Part shown: piece by piece, positions 28,620-42,526 of the stretch
How the letters are laid out: the number at the start of each line of letters is the position of its first letter
Position numbering within the stretch: position 1 is the stretch's first letter
NCBI RefSeq assembly: GCF_009914755.1
Contig: NC_060927.1
Length of the DNA: 64,000 bases
Reading direction: 5' to 3' (one strand)
Source of the DNA: the human T2T-CHM13v2.0 reference genome, Homo sapiens
Program-made: the position numbers and the translations under genes
The notes under the pieces: generated by a model
Told to the model about the DNA's origin: nothing
What the model saw: the letters and a program-made list of their open reading frames with translations, nothing else
Databases searched by the model: none

Positions 28620-28990
28620 TTTTAATGTTTTAATAAGACCACTCATAATGAATATCTGGCTTAAAAAATAATTGATGTTATACAAACAATACTACAATGA
28701 TTCTCCTTGTATAAATATCTTTGCACACATAGATTAGTATTTCAAGATAATATATTCCTAAATGTCAAAAGTGCTGGTTAAAGTGTATACATACTGCTCA
28801 TTTTTATATGTATTGTTAAATCTGCATCCATTGAGTTTGTATAATTTTTATTCCCACCAAGAGTGAGGAGAATTCAGTGTCTTTCTCCCTGTCCAACAAA
28901 ATATATTATCAGACTCAACTCACCTGATCAGTGAGAACGATATCTCAGTGTTGTCTACTTGGCTTTTTCCTTATGTGAGTGATATCAAAA
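28620..28990 (-). repeat. Inverted duplicate of about 27185-27875 (without the Alu)
   Basis: Collinear reverse-complement match; 28670-28747 versus 27433-27510 is 77/78 identical. Confidence 0.92.
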
Positions 28991-29720
28991 GTTCTGAACT
29001 CCAAAGAATAAAAGATCCTACAACTTCCTAGAGAGAAGAAAACAAGGTTACCTTAAAAGAAGAAAAATCAAATGGATGCAGACTTTTCAGGTCCAACAAC
29101 AAATTCTAGAAGACAAAGGTGGAATGCTTTCAAATTCTGAGGGACAAATTATTTGAACCAAGAATTCTATGCCAGTCTAAATGATCAATCAAACGTGAGG
29201 GTGAAATGACAATTTAGAAAGGTTAAATTCCATTGATGTACATTTTCTGAAACAGAAATGCTCAAGGATATATTCCCAGATAGCCAAAAAGGAAATTAAA
29301 GAAAGAAGAAAACATGGACTTTCACAATGAGGTAACTGCTGTGCAACATTTATAGGGCATAGTCCCATAAAAACAGGAGGATAGAGGACTTCCACAAAGA
29401 AAGAACGTTTTTGAAGAAATAAGAGGATTTCATTCAATCCATAGTATAAAGAGAACACATAAAGGTCTTCTATTAGTCAAATGTGAAAATAATCTCCGGA
29501 TGTTTAGGGAAAATGAAAAGCTGCCCAAAAGAAACATGGTCCTGTCATTAAAAACAAATTAAAAATGAGGCATGGCCATGAGCTGGAAGGAATGAGCTGA
29601 GAGGGGTGTGAGAAAAGTGCAAAGTATTTGGCTTTACTTTCTAAGCAGTCTTCCTTAGTAACAAAGGAGAATGTGTATTTTTGAAGGAAAAAAAAACAGA
29701 GGCTTGGGAAGTGCAATGAG

Positions 29721-30016
29721 TTTTGTTTGTTTGTTTGTTTTGAGGCAGGGTCTCACTCTATCACCCAGGCTGGAGTGCAGTGGTGCCATCACGGCTCAGT
29801 GCAGACTTGACCTCCCAGGCTCAAGCAATACTCTCATCTCAGCCTCCTGAGTAGCTGGGACTGCAGGCAAGCACCACCAAACCCAGCTAATTTTTTTGTA
29901 TTTTTTGTAGAGACAAGATTTCTCCGTGTTTCTCAGGCTGGTCTCAAACTCCTGGGCTCATGCAATCCACCTGCCTTGGTCTCCCAAAATGCTGGCATGA
30001 GCCACTGCACCCAGCC
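29721..30016 (-). mobile_element. AluJb-like
   Basis: Dimer with a GTTT tail and TSD TGCAATGA. Confidence 0.9.
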
Positions 30017-30654
30017 TGCAATGAATAATATTTACATAGTCATAATATTTACAATGCTATTTTTTTGGAATTAACTTATGGGTAGGTTATGGCTAAAATA
30101 ACTAAACTATAGTTACAGAATAAAAATAAATGTTACAAACTTCGACCACATAAAAGGTGCAAGGGAGAGACAAATGTTTATTTCCTCCCCATATATTGTG
30201 GGGAGTAGATAATGTCTAAAATGTTAAAAAACAGAAGTTTGATTATGTTATTTAAAAAGATAATCATTTAGAAAACTAGAATTAATGCTGTCTGAAGCTT
30301 GAACATAAAAGAAGATGAGCATATTATTTAATGGTACCCATCAGAAATGCCAAAGACAAGAGGCGTTATAAGTGGTTACAGCGGAGAGGAACTTCTGTGT
30401 TTGGGCTGAAGTGGAAAAACTAGGGTAACATTTTCCGTAGTGGTCTCTACTGTACACTGTAAAATTGTATAATAATATGCATGTTTGCTTCTATAATTAA
30501 AAAACAAAAAATATTTGCTTATATAATAAAAAATAAAATGAAATAGATTACTAAACCAATGATCAGGGAACAATTAGAAAATAAAGCAGTGATTAATTAA
30601 AGCCATAATAAATTCCAAAAAAAGACCTTGTTAATGTGATCTTATGAAAACCGA

Positions 30655-30810
30655 GCGGAACACTTGTATTCTGGTCTTGGCTTTGCCAAGAACTCACTTT
30701 GGCCAAGTCATTTCCTCCCTTGCGCCTCAGGTTCCTTATCAGTAAAATGGAGGTATGAGCTTCACAGTCTCTAAATTCTCAGCTATAGCTTTCTAATATT
30801 CTAATTTGAA
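30655..30810 (+). mobile_element. MIR3/MIRc
   Basis: TTGGCCAAGTCATTT...GCCTCAGGTTCCTTATCAGTAAAATGGAG...TCTCTAA...ATTCTA. Confidence 0.65.
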
Positions 30811-31402
30811 CTTTCCTTCACATTTTGATAAAATTACTAGCCCAGCAAATTAAGTGTACCCCCACAGATATCTGTGTTTCACACTATCACGGTGTTTTCA
30901 CATGGTTAGTCTTTTTATGATTACCCATGTGGTTAGATGCAATGATGCGGGTTGGAGGGCAGACCAGCTCCTGAGCGATCAGTCACTTCTAATGAGTAGG
31001 GTTATAGGCTTATGGCAATGTGGAAGGCAGCGTAGTATGTAGCTCAGTCTTTGTTGACAGGGCCATCAACATATCTACATGGGACCTGCAGAGAGGTACT
31101 TAGGATTCCTACTGCAGAAAGTCAGCCACCAGAAGCACAATGATGGGATTTGTGGGAATAGACCCCAGACCCCAGGCTTGAGCTCCTTGGATGGCAGGCA
31201 TAAGGTGGGGTGGATACAACATTCTCTGTGAGGAAAGGACTCATTCTGAAGGAGAAGGAGAAGAAAGGAATATGTCACTTGATCACTCAACCTCAACAGA
31301 AGTGGGTCCAGCTTCTGGAGGGAGGGAGTTGTAGTGACAGAATTGTTCTTCCAAGGGCACTGAAAGGAACAGAGAGGATAGCTGTGCTGTTTGGTGGACA
31401 CC

Positions 31403-31871
31403 CGCATTAGTTTCCTGGGGCTGCTGTAACAAAGTGCCAAAACTAGGTGGCTTAAACAACAGAAATTTATTGTCTCCCAGTTCTGAAGGCTGGAAGTCTG
31501 AAGGCAAGGTGTTGGCAGGGTTGCTTCTTTGTGAGGCTAAGAAAGAATATATTCTGTCTCTCCTCTAGCTTCTAGAGGCTTTCTGGCAATCTTTGGCTTT
31601 CCTTGGCTTGTAGAAACATCACCTAATCTCTGCTTTCACGTTCACATGGTGTTCTCCCAGTTTGTGTGTCCCTGTATCCAAATTTCCACTTTCATAGAAT
31701 GATACCAGTCATATTGGATTAGGGTCCCACCTACTCCACTAAGACCTCATCCTAACTAATTACATCTGCAATGCCTCTATTTCCAAATATGGTCACAGTC
31801 TGAGAAACAGGTGGGGGTGGTTAGGACATCAACAAATGAATCTTGGAGGGCACATGATTCAATCGATAGCA
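31403..31871 (-). mobile_element. MLT1C-like MaLR solo LTR
   Basis: ATTAGTTTCCTGGGGCTGCTGTAACAAAGTGCCA...GGCTTAAACAACAGAAATTTATT...ATTACATCTGCAATG. Confidence 0.85.
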
Positions 31872-32151
31872 CTTCTTAATTAGGTAAATCCTAGAGCTCT
31901 TCTTGTTCCACAGTACAGGAACTTTTGGCGAAAAGAATATTAGGACCAGCCAGGAAGAATGGCTTCCACCTCATGAACTACTGTGCAAGTGATGGTAGGA
32001 GGTAGGTGACCTAAGGGCAGCATGATTAGGCACAGCTGGCATGGCTGGTGATGGGGGCTCAAAGCAAGAAGAGGGGAGCTGCAACACCTGCAAGAGGTGG
32101 CAACTACTTACGACATACCAGTTGGCTTGGGGGTAGTTGACTCCCCATTCT

Positions 32152-32595
32152 AGTCAACTATTACTCTAATGATGCTGTACAAAAACAAAATCAAACTTCC
32201 CAAGTTACATGATTTTTTGCATTCAGCATTCTGTGGGTTGATGGGGAGATGGGGCTTTATTCCTCAGGCTAAGGGCCAACTTCAAATCTTCTCCTAGGGC
32301 TCCCAATTCCAGGACCACTAGCTACCCAGAGCTTACTCTTCCCAAGGTAGGTGGTGTGCAGCAGAAGCATAAGTCACCAAGCCAAATTGCACCAACAAGT
32401 TCAGACCTCTGTTCATATCACCCTGGCTAACATCCTATTGGCCAGAGCAAGTCACCTGGCCCAAACCCAGCATCAGTGGATTAGGTGTGTATGCACTGAC
32501 TACTCCACTGAGAGATGCTACAGTCTTGCAGCAAAGGGAATGGAGGTATGAAATCTTCCAGGAAGGTAGTGAACAGGCAGAAACAATATCTACTG
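32152..32595 (-). mobile_element. MLT1J-like MaLR LTR
   Basis: GCTAACATCCTATTGGCCAGAGCAAGTCACCTGGCCCAAACCCA motif. Confidence 0.65.
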
Positions 32596-33089
32596 TCCAA
32601 AACTCCAGCTTTCATTTCTTTTTCAAATGATGAAATTAACCCATTTGGAAAATAGTCAAAAGCAAAATGTAAAAATAAAAGTCCCACCATCTGAAGACAG
32701 CCACTGCTAATATGTTTTTTTCTTTTGCTTCACTATTATAGTGATCCTCATAAACCACTCTGTTCCCCTCCCTGCAGTTATTCCCTCTAGGCATGAAAAA
32801 TCAGGGCATGCTTATTAGAACTGTGAAGGAAAGAGCTTCTATGCTTAAGAATCAAAGTAAAAAAATAAAATAAAATAAAAAGATTTAATTCACTGGAATA
32901 CTAGAACACAGCCAGCTACATGAAACTCAATAAGAAGACATAAAATATACTACATTTAGATGAGAAAAAAAACTGTTCAAGATGGAGAGATGAAAACTTA
33001 ATAACACTTCATGTGAGAAAGATCTGGGTGTTCCAATTTATCATAAATAAAACAGGAACCAATCACAAAGCTGCTTTAACAGATGTATC

Positions 33090-33340
33090 CAAGCTAAGAG
33101 TAGAAAGTGTGTGTATAATGTTATGTATGTATCTGTGTGTGTGTGTGCGTGCATGTTCATTATTTGAAATGCAGAACACATTTTTTGAGAGATATACAAG
33201 AAACTACTAACATGGTTATCTCAAAGTGGAGGAGGAGTACTGGGGAGGGAGTTCTTTACTTTTCATTTTATTTCCTTTCATGTATATGAAATTTTTTACC
33301 GTAAGTGTATATTATTTTTATATTGTAAACGTTGTTTAAA
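33090..33340 (+). mobile_element. L1ME 3' terminal fragment
   Basis: GATATACAAGAAACTACTAACATGGTTATCTC...TTTACTTTTCATTTTA...TATATTATTTTTAT. Confidence 0.5.
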
Positions 33341-33535
33341 TTGAAAGAAAATGTAACAGAGATGATAGAAATACTGTTGGGGCTGGATAAACTTATTCAG
33401 TTTGGCATGCTGGCTTTTATTATTTTTATTACAATGACATAATATGACAGCACAAGAGATTGTTCAATATATATCCTCATAGTTTCAGTCATAGCACATA
33501 CACAATTCTGTAACTGTGATTTTATCATTTGACTG

Positions 33536-33762
33536 TAGCAGTCTTTAGGCACATAAGTTCTGGAATTAGTCTGCCTGGGCTTTTGCTGTGTGATCGTGAG
33601 CAAGTTACCCACCCTGTCCAGGCCTCTTTTACCACTTTTAAAATGAGAATACCATTGCTATCTACTTTGTGGGGTTATTGTGATGACTCAAGGAGGCAAT
33701 CACTATTATGCTTCGAACAAAGCCCAGGGTGTAGTCAGTGCTCTCTTTAAATGCTAGTTATC
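33536..33762 (+). mobile_element. MIR SINE
   Basis: TCTGCCTGGG...GCTGTGTGATCGTGAGCAAGTTAC...TAAAATGAGAATA...AAATGCTAGTTAT. Confidence 0.7.
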
Positions 33763-33960
33763 AGCTAACTAACATTTGGTTTATTATGAGTGCTTCCCCA
33801 GCTGTCTATGTAATTTCTATATATTTTCTATGCATAATGCATAATATCTCATAGCCTGGATATGTCATAATTTAATTAATCATTCTATTGTTTGGCATAG
33901 AGGTTACATGTAAACATATGTGCATGTGTGTATGTGAATTGCTATGAAGATGCTATAAAA

Positions 33961-34124
33961 CAACACTTCTCCAGCTTTAATGTGTGTATAAATCACCTAT
34001 GGATCCTATTAAAATGCAGATTCTAATTCAGGAGAACCAGGACATAGCCTGAGATTCCGCATTTCTAGCAAGCTTCCAGGTGATGCTAAAACTGTAGGTC
34101 CGTGGACCACACTTTGAGTAGCAA
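33961..34124. mobile_element. MER5A1/MER5B DNA transposon
   Basis: AATCACCT...TTAAAATGCAGATTCT...GCATTTCTAGCAAGCTTCCAGGTGATGCT...GGACCACACTTTGAGTAGCAAG. Confidence 0.85.
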
Positions 34125-34289
34125 GTTATAAACATCTAATGAAAATAGGAGGATTAAGAGGGACTTAGAAACAGTTACTGGAGAAACAAGGGGTGATTTG
34201 CCTGGCTACGATGAGATGTTGTGTCTCTTGAATACCTTCAAATACTTGGAAGCCTGTCACATAAAAAAGAATCCTGATTCTCTGGAACT

Positions 34290-34380
34290 TCAGAATACAG
34301 ACTAATGGGTAGAAGTTCTAGGGAGGCAAAATTTCTGTCAATATAAGAAAGAACTTTGTTACAGGTCCTGTTTATCTCTA
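34290..34380 (+). mobile_element. CR1/L3 LINE fragment
   Basis: AATGGGTAGAAGTT..AGGGAGGCA.ATTT..GTCAATATAAGAAAGAACTTT resembles the L3 3' region. Confidence 0.5.
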
Positions 34381-35365
34381 CAGCTTTAGGAGTCTGTGAA
34401 GTAACATCATTGGCTTGGCCAGTTACCACAGTGACAAAGCTAACACCCTTCAGCAAAGCTAGGGCAATGTGGAATCAAATGTCCCCAACATGCAGTGGCA
34501 GCTTGCAGGGAAGGGACTCTTCTAAGAAAGTGCATCAAGTGGAAGACCTTCTGAATGTTGTCAAGGAGGAACCCTGGAGTTCCCATGATATTCTTCATGC
34601 CCCTGTGGAGACTTGCAGGGTCCTCTTCTGCCCTGAGGGGATGTACTGAGACTTTGTCACATTGCTGGACCATTCTGCCTCTGAGTTCTTCACAGAGCCA
34701 GACTCTTCAAGTCTGCCTGCAGTCACACTACTTTCTAACTCCAGTTTCCTGGCTCTAGGTTTCTCCATGAACTTGCAGTCTATAGATTGCCAAGGCAGCA
34801 GACTTCAGTGACAGATTTTTGCTCACCACGTGGCCAGGAAGGATCTGGGCATGTCCTTCAATGGGTTGTAGACATCCCGTCCTCCTGCTAGCAGAAATCA
34901 ATGGCACCTAAATTCTCTCTTCTCCTTAAGTGGAAAGCCTGGCTTGCTCTCCACCCACTGAGCAGGAACAGCTGTGGATCTGTGGGAAAGGAAGAGCACC
35001 AGATTTCCCATCCCAGTTTTGCTTGGAAACTGAGTATTGCCAGGGTCCTTAGGTGACTTCTGAAGGGCAAAGGAAAGAGGGGAATCACTCAGGAAGTGAG
35101 TTGGATATCTTCAAGGACAGTCCAGGCTCTGAGTGGAGCAGTGCCCATGGAGCCAGCAGGGGAAGAGGTATCCTAGAGCAAGACAGTATGGCCTGGGGGC
35201 CGATGAGTGAGACACAGGAGAGACCCTCTCACCAGTGATATCCTACAGCAGGACCACTCTTGTCCTGAGTGACAGCTCTCTCCCAATTCCAGAACCATCT
35301 TCCTCCTTCTCAACCCAGCACAAAACCTACCAGGCAGAGCCTTTTCCTCTCCTGTCAGTCATTTC

Positions 35366-36168
35366 TGCTACAAAAGAAACTAGGTACAAGATTGAACTGT
35401 TTTTTTCTCACAACTCTTCTGACACTACATGTCAAGGGTGGGGTTATCACACCAACCAATTCTCCAACTCTCTGGACACCAACTGAGTGTCCTACAATTC
35501 AATTCAATTATGACGCTCTCTACTCAGAGTTAACACTGACCCCATAGGTAAGGGCTCAGTCCCACAAGACTTTCCCTACTTCAGATGTCAGTCTTAAGTC
35601 TTAGGTTGCCATGTGTACTTCTGGCTATAAATGGGGGAGGAGCATCCCACAACCCCATGTGCAGACTCGATAATTTTCTAAAATAGCTCACAGAATTCCC
35701 GAAGGCACTTTATTTACTATTGTGGTTTATTATAAAGGTTACAACTCAGAGAAACAGTCAAATGGAAGAGATGCATGGGGCAAGGTATTGAAGGGGGCAT
35801 AGCATTTTCATGCCCTCTCTCCAGGCACACCACCCTCTCAGCACCTTGATATGTTGTTCACCAACCCTGAGGCTCTTCAAACCCCATTGTCTATGGCTTG
35901 AATGGAGGTTACATTAAGGGTTGATTAAATCATTGGCCATTAGTAATTGACTCATTCTCCAGCCCCTGTTCCCTGCCTGGAGGTCAGGGAGGTGGGGCTG
36001 AAACTTCCAATCCTCTTATTATGCCTAAAGCTATCTAGGGGCTCCCAGCCAGCAGCCATTTCATCAGCATACGAAAGACACTCTGATCACTCCAAAGATT
36101 CCAAGGTTAGGAGCTTTGTGCCAAGAAATGGAGACAAAGATCAAATATTTGTTTTGTATTATATCACA
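35366..36168 (-). mobile_element. MER21 (B/C) solo LTR
   Basis: GGACACCAACTGAGTGTCCTACAATTCAATTCAATT...AAGGGCTCAGTCCCACAAGACT; the minus strand starts TGTGATATAATA. Confidence 0.85.
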
Positions 36169-36202
36169 TAGGTTAGTGAGATACTTTGCAAAATTAAAAC
36201 TT

Positions 36203-36493
36203 GGCCAGACATGGTGGCTCATGCATGAAATCCCAGCACTTTGGGAGGCCAAGGCAGGCTGATCACAAGGTCAGAAGTTCGAGACCAGCCTGGCCAATAT
36301 GGTGAAACCTCATCTCTACTAAAGATACAAAAAATTAGCCGGGCGTGGTGGTGTGCACCTATAATCCCAACTACTCAGGAGGCTGAGGCAGGAGAATCGC
36401 TTGAACCCAGGAGGTGGAGGTTGCAATGAGCCAAGATCGCATCACTGCACTCCAGACAGGGTGAGACTCCATCTCAAAAAAAAAAAAAAAAAA
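36203..36493 (+). mobile_element. AluS (AluSg-like)
   Basis: Dimer with GATCACAAGGTCAG..GTTCGAGACCAGCCTGGCCAATATGG, an A tail and TSD AATTAAAACT. Confidence 0.92.
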
Positions 36494-36699
36494 GTAATTA
36501 AAACTCAAGACTAACATCCTCTCTGTGTTATCTAAGGTGCTATAATAAGACAGACAGCGTTAGAAAAGTGAAAGACCACACTATTAGTCGCTCACAGACA
36601 CTGCTGTGAAGGATGGAGAAAACCCAGAAGGCAGGAAGCACCTCCAACATTCGGCCGGGGTGGGGTCAGATGGTCTTTCTCACATGTCCATCTCCTGAC

Positions 36700-36806
36700 C
36701 AGATGATGAGTCTCCAAGGGTCGATACTGTCCATTTGTCTTGTATCCCCTGTGCCAGCCTTCATGTACCACACAGAGCTGGTTCTTGATAAACACATGCT
36801 GAATTA
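36700..36806 (+). mobile_element. L2 3' end fragment
   Basis: TGTATCCCCTGTGCC...ATAAACACATGCTGAAT. Confidence 0.45.
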
Positions 36807-38187
36807 CTGTGTCTTTGGATGAGAGGAAAGGTCCAAGAAAGGACAGAAAGGAGATAGGAGAGTAGCAGCAAGGAACTCTCCAGCACAAGTTCTGGCACAT
36901 CATAAAGATCCACCCCACAAGACAGTAAACCAGCTTACCAGGTGCACTGCCTTTTTCATTACCATCTGAGAAATGGTTATCATTTCTCTCCAGGTCAAAG
37001 AATAGGGACATTAAATGAATCAACTGAAGGTATTTCTTGAGTGCACATTATCACTGTTCTTCCCTATGCCAGCATGGTCAAAAGTTATGTAACCCTAAGC
37101 TCCAAGCTACTCACCTTGACATACCCAATATCTTGGAACAGAGAATGTACCTGACAAAAATTGTCTGGTGAATGAATGTGAAGCATGAGAAAACAATGGG
37201 ACATAACATGAATACCTTCTCTTCAGTTTATTTCTACAAGGGGCAGGAAGAAGATGTGAAGAAAAAAGAAAAAAAGGAAGGAGTGATCCCCAGTTGACAC
37301 CTAATTATTCAGTCTGGAGGAATTCTGAGCTAAGTTTGTGTTGAGTGTGACTGATGCTGGCAGGTGGAACTTTAGCCTGAGTTGTGCTGGTGGACACACT
37401 GTTCGCTGATGGTGGTGAGGGGGGCTCATCAACAGCTTACTGTACATCACACTTGTTAGGTTCTGAGTCCCTCCTCTGCCCTCCCTGGCCTTACACTGAT
37501 CTCTCTCCATTTGATTATCTTACAAACATTTTTACTAGGCAATTAAATGCTTAATTTGGATAAAAGAAGAGAGAGTGCAAAAACAATAGTTCACATGCAC
37601 ATATAATTAGCATTGAGTGGATTAAATCACATAAGACCCAAACTGGAAGTATGGAGAAAATGAAGCTGGAGATGTAAAGTTGAACTTTTTGTTAAGAATG
37701 GGGAGGAAGACAGGTGTCAGCTTGATCTTACCAGTGTCTTACTGAAACTGTATTTTATTATATCTCCCCACTCCGTCTTGACACAAAACACTCACTTAAA
37801 ATTATTTGTTTCTTAACAGTAAGTTTACAAAGCCCTTTGGATCACATGACTGCTATGGTAGGTTTAAATGCATTATCAAGACATCTTCAAGGGATAGAAA
37901 GTATAAAAGGAGGGGTTTTACATGCTTTGTGTGAATGGCTTGGTTTGCAGCATCTTTCAGAGCTGGGGACCAGTGGATGAGGGAGAAGGCCTTATGCAAC
38001 CTAACTGATCCACTATTTGGTGGGTTGGCCAGGATCCAAAGATTGACCAGTCCTAAGGCCCTAGGGAAAAGTACGTGTCCAAGCATTAGGCAACTGAAGA
38101 TTGACCAAGCAGGGTAGCAAGAGGGAATAGTCTCCTTCCAGAATAAAAACAAAGCCCAGTCACCCATGTTTGGAAGTAGGTTAAATT

Positions 38188-38440
38188 TAATAGCTACCAT
38201 TTACTCAGAATTTACTATGTTCTAAGCACTGTTCTGTTTTGCATATATTATCTCAATTATTAGGTTGCTGTAATAATCTTGTGATAGAAGTATTACAGAT
38301 TTTATTTTGCAGTGAGAAAACTAAGGAATAGAGATATTTAACTAATTTACCCAAGTCATAAACCTAGTAAGTGATGGAGACAGTTCTGTAACTTAGATCC
38401 GTCTGCATCCAAAGCCTATGCTTGTAACTACTCCACCACT
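38188..38440 (-). mobile_element. MIR (MIRb-like)
   Basis: AATAGCTACCATTTACT...TACTATGTTCTAAGCACTGTTCT...GAGAAAACTAAGG...CCCAAGTCA...CTAGTAAGTG...TCCAAAGCC. Confidence 0.8.
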
Positions 38441-38767
38441 ACCAACCTACTGAGGAGGGTGGGTTTCCAAGTGGGGAGAAATAGTAGAACCAGTCAGCTC
38501 AGATTCTCACTGCCAAGGTTCTGCTTCCCTTTGGATCTCATTAATAGCCACTGCCACCTCCTCTGGGTTACTCTCGGTGGTCAAACTTTCTCTTTCGCAT
38601 TCTGCCCAAACAGAATCCTGAACATACCTCTTATGGCTACAACCAAGCCATAAGGCTGGAAAAGACTTTACTTGATACTCAGGGTACCACCACACCCCCT
38701 CATACCATCAGGATTGTCTTGTTTGTTTTTAATAGAGTAGGTTGTCCATAAATGTTTGTAACATGGC

Positions 38768-39215
38768 TGCTATAGTTTGCTTTTGTTTGTCCTCTCCAAA
38801 TCTCATGTTGAAATTTGAGCTCTAGTTTTGCATGTGGAGCTAATGGGAGGTGTTTGGATCATAAAGGTGAGTCCCTCATGACTGGCTTGATGCCGGGCTA
38901 ATGATAAATGAGTGAGTTTTTGCTTTATTTGTTTTCATGAAAGTCGGTTGTTAAAAAAGAGCCTGGCACGTCCCTGCTCATGCTCTCGCTCTCTCTCTCT
39001 CTCTCATTTCCTCTCTCATCATGTGATCTCTGCACACACTGTCTCCACTTTACCTTCCATTATAAGTAGAAGCAGCCTGAAGCCCTCACCAGAAGCAGAT
39101 GCTTGTGCCATGCTTTTTATATAGCCTGTAGAACTGGAAGCCAAATAAACCTCTTTTCTTTATAAATCACCCAGTCTACAGTATTCCTTTATAGCAACGC
39201 AAATGGACTTAGATA
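38768..39215 (+). mobile_element. MSTB-like MaLR solo LTR, full length
   Basis: TGCTATAGTTTG...AAATCTCATGTTGAAATTTGA...AATAAACCTCTTTTCTTTATAAAT; 5-bp TSD ATGGC on both sides. Confidence 0.9.
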
Positions 39216-42200
39216 ATGGCATGAGGTAACCAATTACAAAATAGGAACAGCTTTCTAGAGCTCATCTCTGTAGCCCTTTTTACTGGCTGCCCTGTACCCT
39301 TCTGGGGGACATCATCAAAATACCCTTTACAACCCTGGAGTACATGCTTAGGTCTCTTGGCATAAAACAGAGTTCCTCATGAGAACTCCAGAGAGGCAAG
39401 TGGCCTCCTATACCCAACTGGCCTTCATAAAGTCAGCATCCAGGTGACTGTCCAGAGGGATACCCTTACACTTCAGAGGAGACAGACGCAAGGCACAGTC
39501 CAAGCACAGCAGATCATGGGGTCAGTGCAGGCAGCAGTGGGTAGGAGGAGATCTTGCCAATTTCTCCTGGCAGGTAGGACAACAGGAAAAGGCAAAGAGG
39601 TAGCACTGAACCCACCCATTAGCAGTTGGGAGCCTAGGGCATGAGGGTAGGGAAGATAAGCCCATGTCCAGTGGTTACAACATCCCAAGATATAGTCTGG
39701 GAAGACATTTACTATGAGGTTATGGCACAGGATTCAAATCCGAAGCAGCAAAGGACCCTGGCAGGTGTGCATAGCATTGAGAGGGCATCAGTAGCTGGGT
39801 CCAGGGATGGGATGGAAACTGCAGGTGGAGATCAGAAGGGAGGAGGTGACAAAGACTGAGAACAAGACAAAATCTGAAAGGTATCAGGACCACAACACAG
39901 ACTCAGGGGAAGGGCAAATATCTGGGAGGCTTGAGGTCAACCAGGCCCTGCCACAGATCAGGAGGAGCTGGAACCCAAAGATGAGGTTTTACCAAAGTGA
40001 ATGAAGCAAGTTTCCACAGGGTCAAATGAAGATTAAGGCAGAGGGCTGATCCCAGAAAAGGGTAAGCACCTTGGTTCTGTAATTCAGAACACTTGAGATG
40101 GAACCCACAGTGAGACTGATGGAACCCAAACCAACATGTCACAGGCCCCAAGCTCCTTACAGAGCTCCTGCCTGGAGCTGGACATGGTCCCTGAACCTGG
40201 CAGGGCTGTGCCTGCATGCAAGGGTTAAATAGTCCAGCTACAGGGGAGGGCAGCAAGAGCCAGTATCTGAGCAGGCAGCTCATCCCATCACTCTCCTTCC
40301 ATCTAGTGTGATATCAACTGAAGATCAGCCATCTGTGGAAATCCAATAGACATATAACATGGATATGTCAAGTAAATCAATCTCCAATTGACCTGGACCA
40401 GCCATTTCTGTTTCTCACCCTGAGCAAGTGCCACACAGGAGCTGGCTGACAGTGCACTCCACAATGTCATGACCTTCTAGCAGGCTGTCCCAGGTTCCAG
40501 TTCACTGTGCCAGGCTCTTCTCCCTGGGGTGCCAGAGCAGCTTTGGGGTATGTGCATGGCCTGACGGCAGTCTGAGTGTCACCAAGGGAAACTTCATGCC
40601 AAAAGCTATGCTAAGTTATGTCAGTGTCCTTAGCAGGCTCAGGGGACACTAACCTCACTGCCAAGAGCAAGCAACTCAGCACTTGCCCATGAGGGGTTGA
40701 GCCACAGATCTAGAAATCTCTGGTCTTTTCTCAGGGGTCTCTAATCCCCTGGGCAGGAAGCTTAAAGCCTGAGTTCTCAGCACTGGTATTAAGGCTGCCC
40801 TTCCCCAGCTGCCTGGCTCTGGGTTAATCCCAACCCAACCACCAAGAGACAAGAACTTCATTTCCCCCATGATAGGCTGTGAGTCCTTGCCAGGACATGA
40901 GTCCTTATTCCTGTCAGTCTCTTCTCAGGGCTGGATCCTGCTATAACAACCCAAAGGAACTGTGATTCTGGAAGGCAAGGCCTACCCACATCATCTCCGT
41001 GTAGTGAGGTTCTGGTACTGAGGAGGGGTGTGTCAGGTTGAGGAATGAATTAATGAATGAAGAAATGAAGACAGACACAAATGAGAATCATCTCTATCCA
41101 CGAGAGCTTTTGTTAAGGAGATGTGTCCAGAGGAGGAGGCAATTTCTATTCTTTTGCTGCCAGTATCCAGACCTTGGTAGAATATGGGTGTGCTCTGATG
41201 ACAGAAAGGCAGGTATCTGTAAACCACTATTACCAAATCATTAATCAGGTATTTATGTCCTGCTTTCAGAATCAGCTAACAAGAGAGCTCTGTCTCTCTC
41301 AGGGCTTGAGGCCTTTTTTTTCCTTGCAGAGGTTAGGGTGAGACAACTGCTTTTGCACCATCATCGCAATTCCCCCTGTTCCTCCTTTTCCTTCTTCCTA
41401 ACAACCCTCAGTCTATACATAAAGATATATGCCCACACTCACACACAGAGCTGCCCACAGCAGCCTTAATTCCACCTGTTCCAGCATTAAGCATCTCTCA
41501 TCTGTCATTTCTGTATTTTCAGATGCCACTGGAATGAAGCTCTCCATTCATTATTTGGATAATGAACCAGTGGTGGCCTAAGGCTGGCAAACTAGAGGCT
41601 AATCAATGGTCTTGGGACCCAACACATTTTGATATTTCTCTGCTCCCATCCCCGCATACCACACAATGGCACGGTGGGCTGTGAGGGTGCTGAAGTGATG
41701 TGTGTCCTTTGGGTAGAGTTTTGGGAGGGTCTGTGGGCTCCAGCAGCTCCATCTTTGGGTATAGCTCAGGGAAGGCAATGCCCTTGAGACACTGGTAGTG
41801 ACAGATTTCACAGACTCAATAGCTGTAGAGGAGGCCAGGCCCTTTGTCTTACCACAGTGAGCAGAGTGGGTCCTGAGCCAGCAGCCTGTAGACTCCCCTT
41901 CCTGCCTGAGGCTCTGCCATCTTCTCAAAGGAAGATGAGGCTCAGCTCTCAGTTCCAGCCTTTCCTGACCACAGCTGTCTCTGAGAACATAGTCAGTTCC
42001 TTTTTCCTTTCTCCATTCTCATCCCAGACACACAGAGCCCATTCCCATATTTTTGTCCATTACCACACCCTTCCCACCAGTCCCTCAGAGAAGAGAACTA
42101 CAGATGAACTGCCTTCATTATTTCTTAGGTGTTTGGTTTCTTGCTGGATGACAGGCCTTGTAAATGTAGCACTTATTCAGACTGACCACAGCATGAGCAC

Positions 42201-42399
42201 AAAAGGGATCACCATCACAGGCCTAGGTCAGCCAAAGAACCATTATTACATTCTCTGGTGGAAATATCCCTCCTTTGAACAAGAAAACATCTAGTAGAGC
42301 AAAGGGGCAGCATGGGGAAATTTGAGATGGCAGAAATATTCTGCATCATGGTCATGGGGTGGATAAATGACCATGCATTTGTTAAAACCCATGGAATGA

Positions 42400-42526
42400 T
42401 GTGTATGTGTATACATACATATGTAAGTATACACGTGTGTGTGTGTATATATATGTATGTAAGTATATGTGTGTGTGTGTGTATGTGCATGTGTGTATGG
42501 AGAGAGAGAAAAAGAGAGGGAGAGAG
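42400..42526. repeat. Compound (TG/TA)n then (GA)n microsatellite following a short L1M 3'UTR fragment (about 42312-42395)
   Basis: Directly visible simple repeats. Confidence 0.85.
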